A stretch of DNA of 64,000 nt from Felis catus. Its lineage: Eukaryota. The stretch's first letter is position 1, and every line of letters starts with the position of its first letter. A program made the translations under genes and the position numbers. The stretch spans positions 1,860,001-1,924,000 of the forward strand of contig NC_058383.1 in the NCBI RefSeq assembly GCF_018350175.1, in the 5' to 3' direction. Positions 41,797-53,600 of this stretch are shown here, in pieces. Below the pieces are notes generated by a model. It did not search any database and had not been told where the DNA came from. It worked only from the letters and a program-made list of their open reading frames with translations.

Positions 41797-44700
41797 GTGA
41801 GGGAGGGGTGGGCCTGACCACAGAACCCGCTCCCAAGGGTGACAGCCTACAGCTCCTTATGGAGCTCTTGGGTCTCAGTTTCTTCATCCCAAAAATGGGA
41901 ATAACGATGACCCTTCCTGCCTCTCGGGAGTGTGGAGATTGAGGATGTAACCATACAGGATTTGGACCAGTGGGGAGTGCCCAGGGCACGTGAGCTGTTG
42001 CTGGGGGCGCGGGAGGGGCTTTCAGGACACATTTGGGAAGCTGTTGTGGCATGGCGACTTCCGGCTGGTCAGTCGTTTGCTTTCCTCGTGCGTTCAGGGA
42101 GCTGATGACCAGCTCTTCTGTCTGAGCCTGTTCACACACAGTCTCCATTAGTCCTCGGCACAGCCTGCCTCACGTGGGCAGGAACCAGAGCCCAGAGCGG
42201 TTGACGGCTTGTCTGAGATCACACAGCTCTCCGACATCAGTCCCCTTGCCCTTCCTTGTCCTCACGTGTGGAACAAATGAGACCGTGTGTGCAAACATCT
42301 CACAAAGCGCTCCACAAGCCTTCGCTACTACTGATGGCATTCTGAAGGAAGTCAGCAACCTTAATTAAGGCCGCTTTCCCCGGGGAAGAGACCAGATCCC
42401 CACATGCATACTAATGAGGCTTCTGGAAAGGAAGTCAGCTGCAGGCTCCGCAGCCCGATGGTTCTCAAGTTTGGAGTTTTTTAAACATCACAACCCACAT
42501 AAGAGATGTTTACGTTCTGATACAACAATGCTCTTACCACACGAAAGTACGCGCTCACGTAGTCCCGCTAACATAGTTCCTATCCTTCGGGTTTTTTTAA
42601 TTGCTGGTCACAGTCCACCAAGTTGACTTCATGGTGCACGACTGGGCCAAGTCCTGGGTTTGAACGGCCACGGGTGTGATGTCCTTGGTGTGCACCTCCC
42701 CCTCCTAGGCATGGGACCCGGCGTGCTGCCGCCTGTGGTCATTTGTTTGGGCAAGCGCTAGGCAGCATGGCCAGGCTGCCCCGACAGCACATGGCGGGGG
42801 AAGCGCGGCCACACGGGTGCGCCCTCTGGTGTCTGCCCCCCACTCAGGTCTTTTGCCCTTGTTTTTAAACGGGGCTGCCTGTCTGAGAGATTTGCAGTTC
42901 CTTATACGTTTGACGTCTTTATTGATTTTCTGCTTGAAGTGTCCAGCCAGGAGGGTGGATCCATCCACTTCTCCGTGCGGTTCCATTCATTTTTGCCTCC
43001 CGTAGCTTGACTATCATCAGGTGCATACGTATTAAGCATCCTATCGAGGAGAAGTGGTCCCTCCCGCAGGACGGAATCCCCTTTATTCCTGCCGACACTT
43101 GCTGCTTTGAAGTCAGCTCTAAAACCCGTACAGATACTCCTTTCTTCCTTTGACTAGTGTTAGCCTGGTGTGTTTCTCTCCGTTTACTTTCAATCTGCGT
43201 TTTTTCATCTTTATCATTGTATACTTTGTGCCTTTAATCTTTCTGTGCATCGTGGGCTCCGTGCGGACCGCACTGGCTGGTCTTGTCTTCAGATCCACTC
43301 TGACGATCCTTCTTTCGCCGGAGCCCGTGGACGGCTGACGTTCCAAGTGGTGGCTGGTACACAGATGGGTTAATATCCACCAGATTCGGTGGTTTTCGGT
43401 TTGTCACCCTTGTCCTCTGTTCCTGGCTTTGTCTTCCACCCCTTTTCTCCATTCCGCGGTTTTAATTGGGCACTTAAAGGATTCCATTTTCTCCCCTTTT
43501 TAGAAGGTCAGCTATACTTCTTTAATGTTTAGTGCACACCTCAAAGTTTGCAATACGGATTGGCACACGATCCAAGTGCACTTTCAGATAACGCTGCCCC
43601 CCGCCCCATGGGTGGTCTGAGGGCCTCTTGACAACAATCCTGATTCCAACACCCAACCCTGGGTGCTCACTGTTCCCCTTACACACATGCACGCACACAT
43701 GGGGCACACCAACGCGGACACGTCGTCGCCAAAAACCTCAAACCCTTACCCACTCAATCGATCGAGCATAAAAACCAGAATGGTTTTATCTTGCCTTGGC
43801 TCACTCCTTCAGTCCTCTCGCTTTCTTCGTGCGGATCCAAGGTTCCGCCATTGCCCTTTTCTCCAAAGACCTCGCTCTCGTGTTTGTTAGGAGGCTGGTA
43901 ATGGGGCCCCTCAATTATTGTTTGAGAAAGTCTTTATCTCCCCTTCTTCTTGATGGGAAGTAAAGTACAGAATCCTAGGTTGGTGTGTTTTCTGTCAACA
44001 CTAAGTATTTCGCTCCCTCTCTGCTCGCTCGGTTTCTGGGGAGTCAGATTTGACTCTCATCCTGGTTCCTCTGTGGCCAAGTGCTTTTGTCCTCTGGCTT
44101 TAAGATCTTTTCCTTTTCTTTGATTTATTACACTCTGAAAGAAACGTGCCTAAGGTAGTTTTCTGGTGTCTGTCTCGCTTGGAGTCCTCGGAGCTCCCAG
44201 GATCTGTGGTTCGGCGTCTGACATCAGTTTGGGGAAATTCCCAGTGACTACCGGAGTCACTGCTGTTCTCCTGCCGGTGTTCCCGTCGCACATGGGCCAC
44301 ACCTTTCCTGGCTGTCCCACACCCGACATTCTGTTCTGTGTTGTCCCATCTTTGTTCTCTTTGCTGTTCGGTCCTCAGGCCCAGTGGGCTGCAGTGTCCT
44401 GGAGTTCGCGGGTCCCCCTCGGCCACGCCCAGTCTGCTACTGTGTCCTCCCTGGGGCTTGTCTTTTCATTCGTGATGACGTTTCTATGAGTAGAAGTTTC
44501 ATTTTAGCGCGATCTTTGCCTATCCCAGGCTGGAGACCTTCTCCTAAGTTTTTCTTCTGGAACGTTCAGGAGTGTTAGATCTTCATCTGGAATGGAGTTT
44601 GGGATAAGATGTAGGGCAGAGGGTCGAGACTCATCCGTGAAGACATCCAGCTGACACAGCATTACTGAAGAGACCACGTTTTCCACTGTGCTGCAGTCCC

Positions 44701-47350
44701 CTGTCGTAATCACAGGGCAGATATGACATGGCCTGACCTCCGTTTCCTGTCGCGCTGTCCCCAGTGCCGCACGAAGGGCACCTGGGGGTCTGAGGGCCCT
44801 CAGAGTCAGGTTTGGGCCGTAGGCGGGTGCAGCGTCCCTTCTCTGGACCCCAGCAAGGCCCCAGGGCACGGTGTTCAGAGCGCCCCAGAGGAGCAGCGGC
44901 CGAAGCCGAGCCCCAGGACCGCGGGGCCCGCACGCCCACCCAGACACTCGGCTGCTGCTGTCTTGTGTAATGCGTTCCTCATCCTGCTCTCTGCCATCTG
45001 GGGAGCTGAGTGTCACACACACGATCCGACACTTTAGCAAAACCGAGGCTGTCGTCCCCGCTAATTACCTCAGCCCGTGAAGTAAGGTTATCGATACTTC
45101 GTGCACTGCTGTGTATTGAGGGAAGACGAACCAAAACTAGTCAAAACACCAACCACCAGGTGAAGTTTTTAAAACCCAGACCCACCGGCCTGCTGCCAGA
45201 GCAGTGGGGGAGGCCCGGCGGATGCCAGAGCCTTTAGCTGGGGAGCCACCTGCACCCCCCAAGTGAAGACATTCATTTTTTTAGGTCAAGTCTAATTTTA
45301 AGCACGTCCCTGAACAAATTCCAGCTTTCAGAGCCTCAGTCGGCCTCGTCCACAGCGGCAGCAAATGGGCGTGATTGCCTTGCAGACCTTACCGGGAGCT
45401 CAGGGTGGACTTCCCGCTGAGGAAGGCGTCTGCTCACATCAGACCGTTTGGACCCAGCGTGTGTGTGTTTAACGAGCAAAGTGGTTTCCCTGGCTTCGTA
45501 CAGGCACGGGAGGTACTTACCTATCGTGTTCCTAACACAACTTGGAGCGCAAAGCCAAAAAAACCTGTTCCTACTTACAACTGTAAACGGTCAGGTGTAA
45601 CGAGAACGCTTACAGAAACGAATACATCCAGAGCAGTAGGGAAGCCAGGCTCTAAGGGAGCAAAAGACCGAGTTCCCTGGCCGCTGCAGCGAGCAGCCAG
45701 GGGTTCCCCGGGGTCCGGAGCACAGTGCTTCCAGAAGACGCCGTGGGAACCAGAAGCGGGGGGGGGGGGGGGGGGGGGGGGGGCGGGGGGGGGGCGGAGC
45801 CGTTGGCCAGGGCCAGACAGGAGAGGTATGGGGCGCGCAGGTGGTGACGCCCACCACGGGGTCTCGCGCTGGACGCACGGACAGCAGTTCCTACTCCGCC
45901 ACCCACACCGGGTGGGAAACTGCTGGAACTCCTCGAGGGGCGGGGCGCGACGCCGGCCTTGCGTGGGAAGCGCGGGTCCGAGCGCGTGACGCGTCTGCAG
46001 TCGTGTAAACGGATGTGTGAAGGAGAAGGCCCGGAAGAAACACACTGAGGCGGCAGTGAGGGTTCTCTCTGCTGTCGCATCCGCCCAGGGTCTGGCAGGT
46101 TGTCCGCGGCGAACGTGACACTTGAGCAGTGAATACTTTGAAACAGAAGCGGCGTCGGGTTCTGCTGGTGGCCGGGCACAGTGCTCGGGTGGGGGGGAGG
46201 GGTCCGCAGGAGGAGACGACCCAGACGGGCCCCAGGCTCCTGTTCCCCCCACCTCCCCCCCACCCTCGGGCGGCTGCAGGGAAGCTGGCCAGAGGGTTGG
46301 GGGTGTCTCCTCGGTGGAACAGACCGAGGCAGGCCCTCGCGAAGGAGGCCGTGTACAGCGGTGTGCTCCTGTGCCCTCCGAGCACGCGTGTGAGGAAGGG
46401 TGGCTCCCGGTTCAGGGCCCGGGGTTCCCACAGCCCACAAAGCGGTACTCACGTGGCTGCTGCCCCCGCCCCCCAGCAACCCCCCGGGAGAGAGCTGGAG
46501 CTGAAGGACCGGGTGGAAGGTTCCCAGCTCGCCCGCGACCGACCCCCGAACAGCTGAGCTCGGCCGGGCCTGGGCTGCACCGTGGCTCGCAAGGTGTCGC
46601 ACCGGTCGGCCTGTGCGCCCTGAACCAGACTCTGAACAGAATCGGCTTCGATGAACAGGCCCCCAGATAACCAAGTTCCTGCCAGGTCGGGAACTGTTGA
46701 CGCGGGCCCGGGCGCCTGCGTCTGTGGCTCCCTTGGCCCACAGGCGGGCGTGCCCCTGCCCGGTGCCTTGCTGTGACCGTCGCCCACTCTGCCCGCAGGG
46801 AGCTGCGGGAGGAGTGCGGTCTGACCGCGGACACACTCCACAAGGTGGGCCGGATCGTGTTCGAGTTCGTGGGCGAGCCGGAACTGATGGACGTGCACAT
46901 CTTCCGCACAGACAGTGTCCAGGGGACGCCCGCGGAGAGCGACGGTGAGTCTCGGGGCCTCCCCTTCTCCCTTCCCTCCGTCTCCCGGGGCAGGCGCTGC
47001 GCCAGCCCCTCGTGTCAGCCTCGTTCCTCCTCCCTCTTGCGCGGAGTGACACCGGGACACGGCCCTAGGGTTGAACTAGGAGCCTGTCGAGCTCCTCACA
47101 CGACACCCCCTGGCAGTTTCTCACCAAGTCAGTTTAGCTCCCGGCTGAACACCGTGTCCCCCTTTGCACCACCACAGAAATGCGGCCCCGGTGGTTCCAG
47201 CTGGACCGGATCCCCTTTGGTGACATGTGGCCCGATGACAGCTACTGGTTTCCCCTCCTGCTTCAGAACAAGAAATTCCACGGGTATTTCAAGTTCCAGG
47301 GCCCCAACACCATCCTGGACTACACGCTCCGCGAGGTGGACGAGGTGTAG
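41645..47350 (+). CDS. NUDT1: 7,8-dihydro-8-oxoguanine triphosphatase MTH1 (Nudix hydrolase 1), 156 aa; join(41645-41796, 46799-46944, 47178-47350)
   Basis: 152+146+173=471 nt; [59 protein letters not shown]...MWPDDSYWF...LREVDEV*; intact Nudix box GX5EX7REUXEEXGU plus N33/W117/D119/D120. Confidence 0.98.
41865..41995 (+). mobile_element. MIR SINE remnant
   Basis: GGTCTCAGTTTCTTCATCCCAAAAATGGGAATAAC. Confidence 0.65.
42457..42672. mobile_element. hAT-Charlie-type DNA transposon remnant
   Basis: TGGTTCTCAAGTTT start and GTTTGAACGGCCAC end resemble Charlie TIRs; subfamily not determined. Confidence 0.45.
42860..44560 (-). mobile_element. Ancient LINE-1 (L1M) fragment, ORF1 / ORF2-endonuclease region
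   Basis: T-rich on +; residual peptide ...RRLKVNGEK... resembles L1 EN RLKVKGWKK; boundaries approximate. Confidence 0.65.
46799..46944 (+). CDS. NUDT1: NUDT1 coding exon 2
   Basis: [48 protein letters not shown]; donor ACG|GTGAGT. Confidence 0.96.
47178..47350 (+). CDS. NUDT1: NUDT1 last coding exon
   Basis: [60 protein letters not shown] 47348-47350. Confidence 0.96.
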
Positions 47351-47874
47351 ACGCAGAACCACGCTGGCCCCGCAGGCTGCCGAATCCAATGCAAACCCGC
47401 AGTGCCGTCCATCTCTTCACCTGCTCTCGGAGCCCCGAGGCGGGGCGGGGGGTTCCGGGTGTGGTGAGGCGGAAAGAAGAAAGCTCTCTTACCTTTTCAC
47501 ATTCTTCACGGGGCCTCGCACACACCAGCCCAGGCCTGTCCTCAGGAAGCTGCCTGCCTGCTGGCTGCCTATGGCCCGCACACTGGGCCCGGAGGGCGGG
47601 CCGAGCGCCGCGGTCTTGTCAGGACCATAGAGTGGGTTAGAGGGTGTGGCGTCCTTGCCCCCCACCCCTCCTTCAAGGGCAAACCGAACAGGCGAGGCCC
47701 AGGCCTAAAACCCTGGTCTGATGCATCAGAAGCCGTCACCTCCCTCACCTCAAGGGACTGGCTGTTCCTGTCCAGACTTCTGACCACCAGGAAGGAGGGA
47801 GGCAGCACTCGCTTATACGGAGAACCCACTTCACCCAAGTTTTATAAAGGGGTTTGATCACAGTTGTTCGTGTG

Positions 47875-47928
47875 TTTATTGATAAAGCTCTCAGAATGCA
47901 AACCGTGTGTGAACGATTCCAGTTTATT
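47875..47928 (-). terminator. Likely SNX8 polyadenylation signals (two AATAAA)
   Basis: TTTATT on + at 47875-47880 and 47923-47928 in an AT-rich island ~2.6 kb downstream of the SNX8 stop. Confidence 0.7.
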
Positions 47929-50528
47929 GGCGTAGTAATTGATGCCTACAGCCTTGTAAAGTGCTCCATACACAGAACTGCATCACGAAGAGAAGGGTCT
48001 CGAATGCTGACAAAACCAGCCGACCTCAACCTGTGCAGAGTCCCGCACATGCCCAGATCTGATGCTGTGAGCAAGCTGGGCCCAGGCTGGAGGGACCTGG
48101 CGAAGGCACACACCGGGGCCGGGCTCCATTCCGGCCTTGCAGAGTCGGGATCGGGCTCTGTCCCCGTGGCACCGGGACATCGCAGACCGTGGGAGACAAG
48201 GCAAGGCTGTGGTCTCCCTCCCGCAGTCCCAGCCTGGAGATTAGGGCCACGGAGGCAAGCTGGGACGCCCCTGCGCTCCCTGACCCAGAGCCGCTGGCAG
48301 CCTGGCTCTCCCCAGAACGGCCCTGGCCCTGGGCCCAGAGGGAGGCTCTGTGGGAGGCAAAAGGTGGCCCCTGCTGTCCCCAGCTGACAAGCACAGGAAG
48401 GACGTGACCCCCACGCACACAGCCCAGCAAGTGTCTCCCATCTGCCAGCCTCCTTGCAGGGGCTGGGGAGGGAGGGGATGCACAAGAAAGCGCCTTCTGG
48501 GTAAGGAACCCCAGCCAAGAAGGGCTCCTGGCTCCTCCCACCGCACAGAGAGGCCACCAGGAACACGGAGTCTCAGGAAAAGTCCTCTTGAGAAAGCACA
48601 AGTGAAGTCTTTGGTGCTGGAATTCTCCTCAGTGACCCGGGAGAGGCGGGCCTCCGCGTGCCCTGGGAGACCCTCTCCGCGCCGGCCCTCCCACCTTCCG
48701 TGCTGCTGCCCACCATGAGCCCCCAGCCCCCACTGCGTGCATGGTGGGGTCTGCTCTGGGTGTCTTCCCAGCTCGCCAGTGTCCTGCGGTCGCCTGTCCC
48801 GCACCACCCACAGGCAGGCCGCGGTGCGCGGGCAGCAGCCGACAGGGAACGGGAGGCTCAGAGGTCAGCCCTGCGGCTCGAGTGTACACAGCGCCCGTGG
48901 GGCAGCCCTGCGGGGCAGCGCAGATCCACTCAGTGCCCGAGAACCAGCTTCTCCGAAGGGGAGCAGAACGCACGCACGGCCCAGTGATCAAACGGGCCCC
49001 CGCTTGCTGGGCTCTGGGGGTACGCTGCCCCTTATCAGCCAAGGGTGGCATGTGCCGCAGTCCCAGGGCCTCGGGCTGTGTGGGGTGCAGCTGGCTTTCT
49101 CCCCGCACAGGAGAACCCACACGTGGGGTGACGCAGGTGTCTGGCTGGGCCTAAAAAATACTTCCCCGACCCCCGCCCCGGGCAGTGATGTGCAAGAGCA
49201 CCCCAGGACGGGTGCAGAAGTCCTGCGTGCTGTGTGGGGACACACAGGTGGGAAGTCCCACCTGCCTTCAGATCCAGAGAAAGCCCCCTGGAGCACAGGC
49301 ATCTGCACCCCGGGAAGGCGAGACCCTCAGGACTCCTGGCGTGCAGTCGGACCCTCCCACAACCACAACACAGATCCGCCGACACCGCTCGGGGGGGGGG
49401 GGGGGGGGGGGGGGGGTGGGCAGTGAGCTCAAAGCGTTCCCGGCCTGGGAGGAAGGCGCCCTGCCGGTGTTTACACAAGAGGGATTCAGAGCAGGAAGCG
49501 CTCGGAGGCCCCAGGCGCGCACTGACCCCAGAGTTCCCAGAACAGATCCCCTCCGGGCCTGCCTGGAATGAGGAGGGAGGCTCGGAGTGCCTCCCAAAAT
49601 GGGGCGGGGGGTGGTCAGCCACAGCCACACAGAACCCCCCCCTTCCAGACCCCCGCTGGAACACGGTCCCGCCCGCCCTCCCCTTCCAGCCTCTGCACTC
49701 AAGCCGTCGCAAGCTGCCGCCTCCAAAGACGGGCCTGCAAGCAACCGCGAGGACACAGCTGGTGCTGCACGGCGACAGACCACAGAAGCACCACTTCACC
49801 TTTGTCCCCGACATCGCAGCCCACGGGCACATGACAGGGAGGGACACAGGACACTTTACCCAGACCCAGTCCAGACCATGGCCCCATGGTACCGACCCAC
49901 GCCTGCCTCCTGGAGGTGGACACCGTCTGTGCACCCAGCGACCCCCCCCCCCTCCCCGCCGAGGCCCCGCCGTACCCACACCCGTCCGGAGTGCCCGCCG
50001 GCCTTAGGTCACAGTCCACCCTCACTGACCGGTTCATCAGAAACGGCCACCTCGTGTCCGACACGGGGATTCCAACCTCCCCATCCCTGGTCATCGGACC
50101 CAGACCCTCCCAACTCCCCAAAACTCATGGGTGCCCCCTGCACATGCCCCCGGGCACCTGCTATGTGGAAGCCATCCTCGCCACCCTGACCTCCTGGAAT
50201 TAGAGAAGACTTTTCCAGGGAACCTTAACTCTTGACCGCCAGGCTCAGGCACAGTGCAGCGTCGGGCGGGGCCCAGGACAGCTGAGCAGACCCCCATGGC
50301 CTCCGGCCCTCGTGGATGCTCAGAGGCCTGGGGTCACATCCTCAGCCCCACTCCCCACGAGGGGAGCACCCAAACCCCGGCCCCACTGGGTCTGGGGGTC
50401 AGTCAGACACCGGGGACCCCGCGGGGGGTGGGGGGCAGCCACTATCTGGAGGGAATTAAACAGGAACACGCCATTTGGAAAGAGGTTTTAGTGAGGCCGC
50501 CCGGAGCTCCCGCCCCAGGCGTCTGGCA

Positions 50529-50639
50529 CTAGCGAGGAGACACGCCGTCCTGCGGGAGCCTCGGTGGAGTCGGGGAGCCGCTGGGTCCAGCGAAGAGGCA
50601 GTTTAGTTTGGGCTTCAGGTCGTTCCACACCTTGCTCAT
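50529..50639 (-). CDS. SNX8: SNX8 last coding exon
   Basis: MSKVWNDLKPKLNCLFAGPSGSPTPPRLPQDGVSPR, TAG at 50531-50529. Confidence 0.93.
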   Translation of the reverse strand: MSKVWNDLKPKLNCLFAGPSGSPTPPRLPQDGVSPR

Positions 50640-53600
50640 CTGGAGAAGAGGGAGTGTCCCAGGTTGAGACAGGCCACGAGCCGGCGACACGCCCCAGTGT
50701 GTCCGTTCCCCGCAAAACCCCTAGAAGCCCGACACAGCCCACCCGGAGACCCCGGCCACTGCCCCCGGCGCCACAGGCCCCTCCGCTGCCTGCTCTCATC
50801 CCCTTCCGCCTCGGATGGCTTGGTGTAAGGGGAATCCCGAAGTCCAACAGGACAAGCCGTCCGGGTGTTTCCGCCATGACTGGCTCTAGACCAGAGACTG
50901 AGCTGCCCGCTGAGACGCTCACTCACAAATGCCCCCGGCCGGACTGACAGCCTCCACCTTCTAGCCCCTCACCCTGCCTCCAAGATGTCGTCCGCGAGTA
51001 TTATGGACTGCACACCTGAGCTCCTGCTATGCGCTGTCCGTCCAGACAGAACCATACCCACCCCACATGTGGGCTCCACACACATCTACCCGGTCCGGGA
51101 GAAGCCCATTCCTACCCGGCTGGCTGAGTCAGGATGGTCCCCCCCACCCCCCACTGGTCAGTGTGGTCCCTGGGAACAGGGACGCTGTAGTCTTCCGTGC
51201 GCCCAGCACAGCCCCGGACCCCAGCTGCTTGTAGCCCATCGCCCTCCGCGTCCCCAGGTGATCGTGGAGGTTCAAGGACACGACCAAGGCCGCAGAGCTC
51301 CAACAGGCACGGAGCCGGGGCTCTACAAGCTGTGGCCCAAGCTCCCCCACTGTTATCAAGGACCCCTGAGCAGGTGACTGCGCTCCCAGGGCTACCCAAA
51401 GGCGTCGAAGGAAACCGGAACACAAGATGTCTGAAGGCAGCACCAGCAAAAGCAGAACCACCCAAGAACCGTTTACAAGTTTCCTCAACCCTGCAGACAC
51501 CCAGCCTTCCAGGCTGTCCGGAGAGGACACACCCGGCCCCGTCTGAGAAGCAAAGACTCCAAGCCTGGCTAGCGCAACACGGCTCTGGGTCACGGGGGCC
51601 AGGCAGGTGTCAGCGCGGCTTGCCAAGCCTCAGGACAAGCACAGCGCTTCATCCCCGTTTATAAGCCGCCATCTGGAGGACGCTGACCAGGGGTCTTCAG
51701 GAAGCGACCCCCTGCCTCCTCTGACTGATTCCCCACCGTCTCTTGTCTCACTCAGTTCTGGGGGACGCTCTGCTTTACCCCGACTCTGAAACTCCTCCGG
51801 GAGAAGAGAAATGCTTCCTTGGTTGCCTCCCACAGTCCCGTCCCCTCCCCTGAGAATGGTGTGGACAACTTCACCCCTGCAGTTCAGGCTCCGTGTGAGA
51901 CTAGCAGATGTGAGCGAGGCGGGCTGAAAGGTCCCGTGCCCACCCCCTCACCCCCCAGCTCCCTGCCCTTCCCGGTGACCCTGCAGGGCCAGCCGCAGGG
52001 TGCCAGACTTGCAGGCAGAAAGGTGCTGGCAGGCAGACCCACCTCCTTGTGCCCCTGGATCTGAGAGTTGACAAAGGCACCGAGGATGTGGGAGGTGAGG
52101 GGCAGGTACACGTGGACCAGCTGCATCTCCTGGTGGAGGCAGTACAGGGAGAAGTAGCCCCGGAGCTCCATCGTCTGGATCGCGTTCTCCTGCTGCACAG
52201 GAAGGAGGCGCCCTTGCACCGGGCTGGGGCGCACCGCGCCAACACGGGCCCTGCCCGCGCCCCGCCCCGCACCACCGCCAAGGGAAACGCCAGCCACTCA
52301 TGCCAACCGGGCATCCGGACGGCACCACTCCGGGGGCGCCTGGGTGGCTCAGTTGGGTTAAGCACAAAGCACCGCTCTGGGCGTGGCGGGGCGGCCCTCC
52401 CGCCGCCGGCTACCCCAGCACAGGGCAGCGACGTCCGGGCAGCACGGGAGCCAGCCAAGGACAGGCCGGAAGTCCAGCTCCGGGGGGGCCACCAGGCCGG
52501 GCGCGCAGCCCAGCCCAGCGGGGCAGACCCAGGCCGCCCACGCCCCCTCCCCCCACCCCCCGCGCCAGGACCACCTCCACGATGCGGGACTCCAGCTGCT
52601 CCACGGAGTCGGGCTCCCGGCTCTGCACAGTGGCGCTCATCATCTGCCGCTTCATCAGGCTGTACTTGTGCAGGGCCCGCTGGTGCTTGTGCAGCACGCC
52701 CTTCTCGTGCCGCTCGCACAGGTCCTGTGGAGGGAGGTGCACCGTGCTCGGCCCCCAGCGGGAAGGGACCCGGAGCCGTCCCCCCCGCCCCCCACCGTGG
52801 GAGCCAGCAGGTGAAAGGGAGCACGGGAAGGAGACTATGCAACAGACGCAGGCTTCCGAGTCCGCACCATTCACTCGCGAGCCTCTCCCTCCGCGCCGTT
52901 CACACGCGAGCCTCTCCCTCCGCGCCGTTCACTCGCGAGCGTCTCCCTCCGCGCCGTTCACATTCGAATCCCTCCGTCCGCACCGTTCACACTCGAGCAC
53001 CTCCACGCCATTCACACTGGAGCCTCTCCCTCCACGCCGTTCACACTCCAGCCCCTCCCGCCTCAGAAAAGGCTCAGGCACACACTCTCTCCCTCCCTGC
53101 CCGGGAAGTGTTCACGGCACAGAGAGGCTTGGGGCCAGGCCCAGGGTCGAACCAAGAGGGGTCGCAGTGCCAGTCGGCACCACAAACCAAAACCACACGG
53201 AAGACAGGGCCTGTCCACAAAGAACATGCCAGAGCGCCGGGACAGCGCCGGACCTCGGCCTGTCACGCAGCCCAGTGTCAGAACGCCGTGTGCCTCCAGC
53301 AGCACAGAGACCAGTCTGCAAAAGGAAGCTGCACGGGCATTTCCCTGCAGCCCTAAAATAACCTCAATCAGGAGTCTTGTGGGAAATACCGGCCACTGAA
53401 CCAGTGCTGGGATTTCGAGGCTGCCTGGCTACCGTCCAACTTAACAGACAAATCCCTTCGGAACATTCCTCAAAGTACTAGGCCCCCTCTCCTTGAGCTC
53501 AGCAAGAAGGATTCTCTGGCTTCACAGGCAATCCAACCTGTCACCAGTGCTGCGACAGTTAGGAAGTCTGCAGTCAGACTTCCTGGAATCTCTGCCCGTG

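Noticed and set aside
45652..47052. 466-aa minus-strand ORF antisense to NUDT1
   Set aside because: Non-ATG start, Arg/Pro/Gly/Ala-rich low-complexity product, runs through a G26 tract, no recognisable domain; expected in stop-poor GC-rich DNA.
52861..53059. CRISPR-like array (29-bp repeats)
   Set aside because: Units are contiguous with no unique spacers and the context is a mammalian intron; it is a minisatellite.
52049..53361. 435-aa and 353-aa plus-strand ORFs antisense to SNX8
   Set aside because: Shadow ORFs of SNX8 exons plus the 29-bp minisatellite; no independent gene signals.
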